Source of the DNA: Zootoca vivipara
Lineage: Eukaryota
Assembly: GCF_963506605.1 (NCBI RefSeq)
Contig: NC_083288.1
Coordinates: forward strand, 21,390,001 to 21,454,000
Reading direction: 5' to 3'
Length of the DNA: 64,000 bases
Positions within the stretch are counted from its first letter, which is position 1. Every line of letters begins with the position of its first letter. This document shows positions 36,863 through 47,535 of this stretch, one piece after another. The position numbers and the translations under genes were made by a program. The notes below the pieces were generated by a model. The model saw only the letters and a program-made list of their open reading frames with translations, ran no database searches and was not told the origin of the DNA.

Positions 36863-38544
36863 CTTTAGAAGGAAAGATGTTTGGAAGAGACTTGTTAGAT
36901 TGGGTTTGAAGCGACACCAGATTTCACGAGATTGCAGGAGAGATCAGGGCTGGTATTTCCTGTGCTATTTTGCAATATCAAACAGATGTGTGAAATGAGG
37001 CTCATTAACCTGCTCTTTTCCTTTCTGTGCAGTTTCCCTAATCTCGTTCTATCATATCCATCTCCTTGCTTTCTGCCAAGTTGCTCTTCATTACAACAAC
37101 AAAAAAGGGCAACAGGGTCCACATCTCCAGTTCTTGTTTTACCCATTACCAATGCAGCTGGGATGTAAGAAAGGACATCAAGACAATTTGCAGCCTCCAT
37201 AACCAGCAACATCTTAATTTCTTGATCTTCATACTATTTACGGTAGATTGCCAACTACTATCCTGCATGCTCTTGCCTCCCCACGCATTCCCCCCTAGTC
37301 TGCTGTTAACCACAGTTCAGTATTATTTCTACAGCAACCTTGGTTAGAGAGTTGCTGTAAACCAAGAATTCTAGGTTTGCTCAGAACCACACTAAACAGG
37401 TTTGCAAATCATGATTTATGGCATGTGAACTGAGCTAATGGTTTGAAATAGACAATATTCCCTGCTCCTCTGCCTGCAAGACAACAAATGGACGTACAAG
37501 CTCTTCAGGCTTATCTTGGAAAAGGGAAAGAACCTCCAGGTGCACAAGGAAAAAAAGTTTATTTAGCCCAAACAAGTTCTTCCTCAGGAGCACTCTTGAA
37601 GATTTGTTTCAAGACGCATTCAAGTTTTTAACTAGGGTTAAGTCAACAGACCATGATATAATACCAGAGGTAACCATCACGCCCATTTATATACAATGAC
37701 CAACCATGGTTTCGCTTTACATGAACAAACCACAAAAGGCCTCAGTCTCTCATGCAGTCTTTCTAGCCACCAGTCTTTCATGCACAGCCATTCCTATCTA
37801 CTTCCTCATTCTCTGAAAATTATAGCTCAACAGTTCACTCATATAAGCTAACTAGTAAGAAAATAAACCATTTCGGGGGGGTTAAAGTCTGAACATTCAC
37901 ATTATATCATTCTGAGTCTAACACACATTATATAAATAAATAGTATACAAGACATACATTTAGAAGTACTGGGTTTATTTTGTTTGTTTTTAAATTATAT
38001 ACTGCTTTATTGTAAACAGAATCCCTAACTGGTTGTAAAAAGAATTTATCATACTCATATTAGACCCACTGAAATTAATGGATCTAAGTTAGCCAGGTGC
38101 ATTAATTTCAAACGATCTGCTCCGAATGGTGTTCGATACAACCCATTGTCTTAGATCTTCTTGCTGGCATTGACACAACTACAGCATCAAACTACATTTT
38201 ATTCATTAAACACTTGCCTTTTTAACAAAACAAAAAATGTATTTTATTAATCACAAACTAAGCAGGACAAAACCCGGAGTACAGTTTGATAATGACATTT
38301 GGTATAGTGGAAGTACACATAATGGTAATTCATTACTAAAGTAGGTCTCTCCATAGTGAAACTTGTGTCACATGCAGTTGTAGCAACTGTGCTGATTTGT
38401 TTATATAGTCAATTAATAGTGACCACATACCGTACTTAGAAATTTATCCTCTTTACAATGCCCATTTAATACCCTGCAGGGTCAAACATTCAGATAATGC
38501 TATTTCCCATTCACAGGTAAACCAAGATTACAAGTAACACTTAC

Positions 38545-38652
38545 CATATTTGACAAAGCTACCCTTTCTTTAGGAACCACCAATGAGATATCAAAAGTTG
38601 CCTTGATGGCCGGCTCATCCCAGCAAGGAAAGGCCCTACGAGCATCTGTAGC
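38545..38652 (-). CDS. NPEPPS: NPEPPS exon 5 (108 nt; [36 protein letters not shown])
   Basis: Manual translation; [11 protein letters not shown] hallmark motif; CAG/GTAAGT boundaries. Confidence 0.97.
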
Positions 38653-39962
38653 CTGAAAGAAATAAGAACATTAACTAGCCAAAGCAAGTGACGGTGAATT
38701 TCTGACAGTACCAGCAAGAAGAGACCTTAAATCCAAAAAGCTACATTTTCCAAGTAGAATACAGTCTTTAGATAACCTGGACAGAGGAACACAGAAATGC
38801 ACTGCAGACCAACAATGGGGAACATGAAGGCAAATGAAAAGAAATGTCCAAGGAAATGAGGAAAAAATACAGGTATTCAAGAAGCATGCACAAAACTACA
38901 CTGACAGCCATGCAATTTGAAGAAGACTGGAAGCATAAAATTTGGAGAGGTATAATAATTCTACCTGGTGGCTATTGTATTTTGCTTCTATCCCTGATGG
39001 TTCCTATTAATAAACTCTTTTCTATTATATATTTGGTGCAGTTGCAGTCAGTGAGGTGGTACAAGCAAGGCAAGCACTAGTCACCAGCTGGTTGCAGTGT
39101 TGTTAGTGCTTCTTGAGAGAAGCATGGGTGAGGTGAGCAAGTGCACTGCAGGTGCAGAAGCAGGAGAGTCGGATTGGTGCCGCCACCATGCTCACACCCC
39201 TCCCCTCTGAGGAACTGGCAGCAATGCTCAGTATTTGGAAGCCAAGTGAGCAAAACCACCCCATGGACTGCTACTCCCTTGGTGTACAAAATTTGTTTCA
39301 ATCCTTGTGATTGAAGGTTATTAGGAAGCCGTTTTACAGACACAAACAAACAGACACGGCTTGTAACTTATTCAAGGCCAATCAGACTTTGGTTCATTAG
39401 CCAGTCAATGATTCAAATAATTCTTCCAAGGTTTAAATCAAAAGCATTATCTACTTATTCCACATGGATAGTAGATGCAGATCAATTACAAAAAACCCAA
39501 TAGAGTTTCTGGTAAAGGGTCAGAAACCAGGCAAGGTTTCAGGTGGGGCCTTTCCAGTAGACTTCCTACCTCACCCCTACACATAACCAAATGTTAACTC
39601 TTGGACCACTGTTTCCATCTCCCAGGCTTCTGCTTTCAAAAATTAAACATTGGGGAGTGGGGGGGGGGGAGAGATACACAGTTTACAACAAGGACTATCA
39701 GTGAATTTTATGCCCTTTCCAAAGTACTGTTTATTACCTAAGGCTCTACCAGCTACTAGATCACAGCTTAAGTAATATTGATACTGAGTGCCTTCTGATT
39801 CATTGACAAGAAATGGAAACAGGTGGTTTTCTAAAGAGGCAACAGCAAATTAGCTACAGCTAAGAAAGTACCCAATTGTCTTGTTAGAAACTATACAAGG
39901 CATGCTACTTCCAGTGAAAGTCGTAATGGAAATGGTAGGCCACAAATCATAGGAGTTCATAC

Positions 39963-40084
39963 CTCAAACTGGGTAACAGCAGCGTAGCGAGTATCTCCAG
40001 AAGGGGTGGTGTATTTACTTCGATAGAAGCCTTTCATTTTATCATTCAGCTCTCCAACAAAATCTATTTTCAACGTCCCCATTC
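39963..40084 (-). CDS. NPEPPS: NPEPPS exon 4 (122 nt; (G)MGTLKIDFVGELNDKMKGFYRSKYTTPSGDTRYAAVTQFE)
   Basis: Manual translation; M1-family GFYRS and TQFE motifs; CAG/GTATGA boundaries. Confidence 0.96.
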
Positions 40085-42610
40085 CTGTGATTAAAAAGAG
40101 GAAGACAGTTTATGAAGACTTGCTATGTGAATGTGCTCCATCCAGAATGTTCAAATGGGCAAAGGTGTTTGGATTTTGTTGTCCCTTTGGAATAACCTGC
40201 TCCCTCTCCAAATACCTTGAGATGCAATACGTTTCAAGCATATTCCAACTAGGGTGCCATTTATCTAGTGTAAATGGCACCTCCTCTCTTGTTGCAGATC
40301 AGGATTATGTGGATTAATGCAAGGGTGTGCTGTGGTAAGGATGCTAGGGCTGGGAGGTTAGGGCTTCACAACCTTAACACCATCATTACATATTAATACA
40401 GCAAAAATAAAATGTATGCAGAGTCCTAGCCCTGAAGACTTCTAACCTAGATTAGTTAAGCAAAGTAGGGATTTTAACTTGGAGATAGGACGCAGGGATG
40501 GAACTAGAGCCAAGTAGCAGTAAAAAGAGCTTGTCATGGAAGTCCTGGCAACTCAAAAAATGTTTTGCTGAAAAAGCACACCTAGAGGAAGAACACAACA
40601 TGATGAATAAAGAGAAGAACTCTGTTGTTCCATGTGAAGCTATTCCACGGTGTAAGATGGCAGGGAGAAACCGAAGTCACACACAGAGGAGCGGAACTCA
40701 GAGGAAAGAGTATGATGTATCACTTAAAAGCAGAGATGGAAAACAGAGCACAGAACTCTGAGATGCCCGTTTATCCTGGCATCTAAAATTTTTCATAACA
40801 GCACAAGAATTTGGGGTTGTTTTTCCAGGCCTGGGTGAAGCTTCAAGTTTTAGAAGCTATTCCAGACCAGCAAATTAGGTATCTGCTGATTAAGTATAAT
40901 GAGTAAAATTTGACCAGCATTCTGGATATATATATTTTTTTTGGGGGGGGGAGCAGAATAAAACTGATAATGCCATATTCGTATGTTGCCGAATACAGCA
41001 AAATAATGTTAGGATCAACCAATAATCATTTGTTTATAGAGCAGAGCATTTAGCAGCTTTGTTTTTTAAACTAATTTTCAAAGCAATGTGTAATGTTTCA
41101 GTGCTGACTGTAGCCTAACTTGACCAGCAGTTGTGCATTAAATGCCTGAAGCAGCACTAACCAAAGTTCAGCTGAACACTTTATGGGTATCAACAAACAG
41201 ATCTGTCTAGCATAAATAGCTCATCTGCCTCCAGCTCCAAACAGGGAAGCACGTGGCAAATGTTCCCACAGCACGTTTTACTGATGATGAACACCAAATA
41301 ATTCTGTCGGTCAAATTCATTCTGCCACTCATCACGATTCATACTATCACCTACTTTTGAAAGGTGAAGCTCATCAACTACTCATTAAAAGTATCCATCA
41401 AAGTGAAATTTAATTATTCTAGCATAATATAATATCAATATCACTGAATAGTTCAAGAAGCATCAAATTCTACCTCATCATGCCCAACCCCAAGGCACAG
41501 AACACAGAACAGTGTGCTGAAGCAGCTTACCAGAATCCTGTGGCTGCATCTGGTCTTTCTGCTAAACCCGCTTCCCCAGGGCTTCCATGCCCCCCCCCCC
41601 AAATTCCCTTCCCTAAGGAAGATATTGTTAGCCTCTGTTTCCATTTTACATAAACTGCAGTTTGGCATATTGTCCAAGCCCTAAACTGTGGTTGATACCG
41701 GTAATAATTATGCTTTAGTGAAAGCAAGCCAGCTTCATAAATCAAGGTGACAACGGCAGCTTTTTGGAGGCCAACTATATGTTAAGACTGCAAAAGGGGG
41801 GGTGGAGAGACTGTAATAAGCCTGCTGTTCAAGACAGTATCCTCATGTTGATTTATCCCCTCCAGAATGTGTACTATATTCACCACAATGGACAGACTGT
41901 CTTGGTGAGGCAAAGAAAACATTATATTTTTTCCATGATCATCTCACATAAGCAGAAGGCAATGGTATGAAGTAGGAGAGGGGGAAGGGAATGTATGAAA
42001 TGATGACAAAACAGGGTAGGTAACAGTACATATTGAAGGGGAATTTCAAGGGGGAATCTTGATCACCTGTAACCTGTTGCTACACAACACTGCAAGATCT
42101 CTAACTAGGCTTGCAGTCATTATAGTTTTGGGGGGTTAGCAATATATACTATGCATAGCATTTCATTGGTTTTCATAAGCAAAGTTTCTTTATGGGTAAC
42201 TGAAAACGATGTTTATTCTTTGTTTTAGGTGAGGGTTTTCATTTACCCTCAGTTTCTCAACACTCCACTTCTGCCACCATGAGCAAATGTTTGCAAAAGT
42301 TGTGACAAAGTTAAGTACTTTCCCTCTTCAATCGGCTCAGTATTGAATTTCGGTGCTTGTTGACCTACTTTATTTTAATTTCGGTTTCTTTCTTATTCTG
42401 TGTAGTAGCTTCTGTGTAGTAGCATCTATGATGGCTGGACTAGTATTAGTATTCCCAGAGGGACTGGAGTGTTAGCAAACAGCAGGAAACACACCGGAAT
42501 CTGGTAGCACACCCGGATTAAGATGTATTGTGACACAGCATCTGTGGACCAAAGCCCCCTTTGCCAGTTGTACAAAGTGTTATCCTTCAGTTGACATACA
42601 GATGTATATA

Positions 42611-42831
42611 CAGTGGTGCCTCGCAAGACGAAATTATTTTGTTCCACGAGTTGCTTCGTCTTGCGATAATTTCGTCTTGCGAAGCGCGGTTTGCCGCGAC
42701 AAAAACAAACAAAAACCCAACAAACCGCAAAAAATTCGTCTTGTGAAGCATGGCCATAGAAAACTTCGCAAAACGCTTTCGTCTAGCAAGTTTTTCGTTG
42801 CGCGAGGCATTCGTCTTGCGAGGTATCACTG
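42611..42831. mobile_element. Tigger/pogo-like MITE
   Basis: TIR cagtggtgcctcgcaagacgaa / ttcgtcttgcgaggtatcactg (20 of 22 match); TA TSD; internal ttcgtcttg repeats. Confidence 0.87.
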
Positions 42832-43346
42832 TATGTGGCTACGATCAAAAGTGTGGGTGGCATGAAGCCAACATTATTACAAAGACAGGCATGAAGACTG
42901 GAGTATCACATTACTATACAAAGCCCAAACCTGGTCAGAAGAGCCACTCAACATGAATTTAATCTACTTCTACTTTGTAATGAATTGGCACAGCATGACA
43001 AATAGTGCACATAAACTCCTACAAAGGGACAGTTACTAAATTGGATCCAGACTAGATTAACTGTACTTCAATCCCATTCAAATTCATATGAAAAGTCAAG
43101 TCAACTAAACATGAGGCAGTTTCCAGTTACTAGGGCTTTAAAGGTTTTTGGAAAGTTTCTTGAGCTTTAAGAAACTGGATTCTATTTGGTTCAGTTACCA
43201 ACATATTGAGAAATACAGGGAAGGATGAGTTTTCAAAAGCATATTCCAACAAAAGAAAATCCTACCCTGGGGATGAAGTGCAAAATATTTTGGACCTCTA
43301 CTGAGCCATCTAGCTTCTAAACCAACATTTATAGAGAAACCTTTAC

Positions 43347-43424
43347 CTTTTTGAAGTGTGCTGGGAAAAGAGAGAGTCACTTTCTCATCTTCGTTCTGGT
43401 AGTTGAATCCTGTTGCATGGATTT
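43347..43424 (-). CDS. NPEPPS: NPEPPS exon 3 (78 nt; (E)IHATGFNYQNEDEKVTLSFPSTLQK+G)
   Basis: Peptide within ORF 43195..43494; CAG/GTAAAG boundaries; phase 1-1. Confidence 0.96.
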
Positions 43425-43990
43425 CTGAAAAAAGGAAAGTAAGGTGCTTAAAAGTTCTGAGTAGCAATGACCAATTCATGTGATGTGAGGACACTTGGAT
43501 TTTGGAAGAAAGAGCTAAATTCCTGTCTTCTTTTTTCTTAATATTTTTTTAAAAACCCTTTTTGTGGTCTTCATTATTAATCTCACCACTACTTTTGCAC
43601 AATCAATTATATAGTATTTTGGAGATTTGATCCACAGCTTGAATGCTGGAATAAAAAAACCCATTCCCTTTTAGGACCAGGGTGGAATCTACACACACAC
43701 ACAAAAAAAAAACACTGTGAAAATGCTTTTTTTAAAGGTTTTGAAAAATATATTGAATTTGTCATAGCTCACTGCCATCACATATTGTTAATTTGTATAC
43801 TGCACTTTACATCACACATAACCGTTTAATTTGTAGCTGCATAGATGAGTCCAGGATCAACATGTTTCTCTCTCCTTTCAGTTTTTGTGTTGGTTCTGAA
43901 TTGCATTCATTTCTTTCCCTTAGCATGAAGCTCCTCATAAATGGCAACACTCCTTGGAAGCCTACTTCTGAATTTGGGAGGAACTATGCT

Positions 43991-44065
43991 TTGTTTGGTC
44001 GTTCAGTCGTGTCCGACTCATGGGGTCACGAAGAGTCAGACACAACTAAACGACTAAACAACAAC
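43991..44065. mobile_element. Inverted pair of BovB/RTE LINE 3' tails (fold-back) flanked by an 8-bp direct repeat
   Basis: ttgtttggtcgttcagtcgtgtccgactc + atggggtcacgaagagtcagacacaactaaacgactaaacaacaac; atgctttg at 43986-43993 and 44066-44073. Confidence 0.8.
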
Positions 44066-45294
44066 ATGCTTTGGAAAGAAACATTCTATCACTTTCTGCT
44101 ATTTCCTCCCCAGCCCCCATTTCTTCTCACTGTCCCATCAGAGAAAAAGCCATTCTTAATAAGTTATCAAACTGTGTGTCCCACTTGTTTTCCTTCAGGC
44201 TAACTCCACATTCAGGTGGCTGGGGGATTGTATGTGTGTGCTATTCTCTGCTGACAACTTTCTGATATAGAATGCAGTCTCCTTTGTACGGCCCACATGC
44301 GTCACTAGGTTTGGGGCAGGGAAGGGGGCCTTGTTTGGAACCTCCCAATATTTTGTAATTAACTATTTTATGGCAGCCATTTTATGACGCTCCATGCCTT
44401 CCTATGGTAGTCATTTTGTGGCAACGCCCACAAGCACCCTCTCAAAATTCTACAAGTTACAGACCCCTGCTCTAGCCCTTATAATCCGAGAAAGACCTGC
44501 ATATGGAGTTTTTGCACTGACAGCTCAACTAGTCACACCGAATCTTGTAGCTGGTCTGCACAGGAGGACATTCACTCTGAAACTCCTCTCTTTCCCCTTT
44601 TTAATTACCTGCCACTATTGCTCCCCAAGCCCCACCAGCACATTCTAACTGCTCTGCAATTAATACAATGCAAAGATGCTTGGTTTAGTACATGGCTGCA
44701 ACAACATGAACTTTGAGACTTCTCTTGCATCCGTAATTCTAAGAATCCCCCCTTTAAAAAAATGCTACTAAAACTCATGGTTGTGAAAAACAGATTTTTT
44801 AAAATTATGGCAATAGCTTCTTAAAGCTTTGCAATGGAGTGCAGTAAAGTTCCAGTAGCCATGGAAGGCAGTTTCTTCAAATAATTCTTACTCCACAGAC
44901 CCTGTGGCTGTTCTGAGTCCCAACCCCCTCACCCATCTGTGAAATGACCATCAACCTATTTAGCCATTTTCAAAACATACTTAATCCAATGTGAGTGGTA
45001 TTGCTTCAAATAATTACTACTACCGAGTATACAGCCAAAAACCTAGGTGAATTTCAGGGAATCAAACATTTACATAGTTTAATTAGGTATTTCATAGAAT
45101 TCTGGCTTTGCAGTCACAGTAAACTAGTATCCTTACTTTTACTTCTCGTATATTTAATTATGTAAATGTGTATGTAATGTGCAGTAGGGCGCTTACCTAT
45201 GCACACATAAACTATTCTATACAGGCAGAATAACCATGTTTTAATATGTACCAACTGTCTTTTGTTAAACACAGAGTCCATAACAACTAACATG

Positions 45295-45384
45295 CATAGC
45301 TGCCAAGTTTTCCCTTTTCTCGCGAGGAAGCCTATTCAGCATAATGGAAAATCCCTTTAAAAAAGGGATAACTTGGCAGCTATG
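45295..45384. mobile_element. 90-bp hAT MITE with perfect 15-bp TIRs and 8-bp TSD
   Basis: catagctgccaagtt / aacttggcagctatg; TSD ctaacatg at 45287-45294 and 45385-45392. Confidence 0.9.
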
Positions 45385-45462
45385 CTAACATGACATTAAT
45401 CAGCTGACAATTTATAGAAAGGCTTAAGATCCGAGCCTCAAGTGCTGGTTTTAGGATAGTAA

Positions 45463-45463
45463 A

Positions 45464-45496
<33 letters not shown>

Positions 45497-45497
45497 C
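45463..45497. repeat. (AC)n microsatellite
   Basis: Seen directly. Confidence 0.9.
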
Positions 45498-47124
45498 CCT
45501 GTTGAAGTTAAAAGTTCCATCTAAGCTCAGCATCCTGTTCTCACAGTAGCAAACCAGATGCCTATAGGATGTCTAAAATAGCCTAAAAGCAGGAGTGTTA
45601 CAGCACTCTCCCGACTTCAGCAACTGGCAATCAGAAGCATATTGGCTCCAGTAAACAAAATACTGCACCAGTGGTTAACCAACTTTACCCCACTCAAAAG
45701 CCACTTGAAAATTGTTGAGAGTCTTGGCAGACCACTAACTTTTTCTGCCTGTTGTAGCAAATGTAACATTCTTTGCTAGATGGGGGTATGAATTTTTATT
45801 GTACCCTAACAGACATTTATTTCATAGACAACCTAAATGAAGTTCACATACCAGTTTGGGACCTCTGTACTACACAGTAAGTGTGAGTTAAAGTTTCCAA
45901 ATGGGAAACACAAAATGTGAAAATTTTGCAAAGAGGCTTAGAAGTGGCTCAGGTACTTTTTAGCAATTCACTGCATTCACCTACAGTACCATGGTATACA
46001 TGTCTACTCAGTAGACTCTTTCCGATTAATATGAATTATTCCCAGGACAGCAGCCTGAATTTTAGTTCAGGGTTGGCATTAGGGGAAATGGGGTTCTTGT
46101 GCCTTCAACAGCTGCATCTCCACAATTGCATACTTTTTTCTTTTCTGCAAAATGCATTCAGCTATTTATTAGCACTAACAAGTAACAAGGGTTCCACAAA
46201 GCTTAGCTGAAGGATCAGGCTGAGTTCTGGAACAATAAAGTATTATTGAAGAGGGTCTTTGAGAATGTGTGGATAGAGCCTTTTCCTCTTCAATGAACAT
46301 CCCTACATGCAAATGGGATTTATTTGTTTTACAGTACTATGAAGAATTCTACTCTGCCCCTTCAGCATTGAGGATCCATACAGAAATAAAAGTTAGAGGG
46401 CATGATTTCTAGCTAGGTATGAGATGCAGCATTTCTTGTTCCTTTCTTAAGAGACCTAGAAATAATGTGGTTCCATATACAGTATGTTACAGGCAATTTT
46501 GGAAACACTTAGCATCAAAATGTACTCATTCCACCTTCCCTTTTTCTAATATCCAAATGGGAAAATGTGTACAGCATTTTTTAAAGAGTACTGTATGTGG
46601 AAATTACTTTATTAACAGAGTTGTAAAGGAGTTAAAACTAAAACAGAGTAGCAGATGCAACCTGTGCATAGAAACTTGCTTCTGAACATGTATCTCCTAT
46701 ACTGGGTGTGATAAACCTGTTGCTTGCATCCGGCTATTTAGTAACACATGGGCAAACCACAGTGAGACACTATTCATCAGCAGCATTGTATAGTCATATG
46801 TTGCGCCTATCCGCCACATATAGCCCTGTAGCAATGGCAAAACAGATTCAATTAACCACTTGGACCACAGAAATGCATATGAAGGAATTAAAGTCGTTTA
46901 CATACACATCCCCATTGTTGTACACAACCCAGGAAGATGCCATCTTGCTAAATAGCTGCCTTTGTGCTATCTTGGTATGGATCTCTCCTCTTTGGTAACC
47001 TAAAAATGTAATCTGAGTGTCTCAAATGTTTTTGAGGTCAACTGAGTCATCAGAAATGGCTAACACTGGATTAGGAAAGGAAAGCAGCCCTTGTCTGACA
47101 TTGCTTGCACCCCTCCTTGCAAAG

Positions 47125-47398
47125 GAGCCTTTTGGGCTTGGTGGTTCAAATCCACAAAGTGGGGTGAGCTCCTGTGGCTCTGTCCCCGCTTCTGCCAACT
47201 TAGCAGTTCGAAAGCATATCAGTGCAAGTAGATAAATAGGTAACGTTGTGTCGGGAAGCTAAACAGCACTTCACAGTGTCCTGTTGCACCAGAAGTGGTT
47301 TAGTAATGCTGGCCACATGACCCGGAAAGCTATCTGTGGACAAATGCCAGCTTGCTTGGCCTGAAGTGAGATGAGCACCACACCCCATAGTTGCCTTT
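47125..47398 (+). mobile_element. Sauria SINE (diverged, truncated)
   Basis: ggggtgagctcc...ctgccaacttagcagttcgaaagca...tgcaagtagataaataggta...atgctggccacatgacccgg is the reverse complement of the 4140 and 59030 cores. Confidence 0.85.
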
Positions 47399-47489
47399 TA
47401 AAAAAACCTTTACACAGATTTTTCACATGCATTATCTATGGTACAAGTGGATAGTCAAATCAATTTGGACTTTGCTATAGGGGTGTATG

Positions 47490-47535
47490 GGGTCACGAAG
47501 AGTCGGACACGACTAAACGACTAAACAACAACAAC
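47490..47535 (+). mobile_element. 46-bp 5'-truncated BovB/RTE LINE tail with perfect 13-bp TSD
   Basis: gggtcacgaagagtcggacacgactaaacgactaaacaacaacaac between ataggggtgtatg repeats at 47477-47489 and 47536-47548. Confidence 0.88.

Noticed and set aside
41168-41335. Possible C/D-box snoRNA (GTGATGA ... CTGA on the minus strand)
   Set aside because: Boxes are about 165 nt apart, there is no terminal stem, and I see no recognisable rRNA/snRNA guide.
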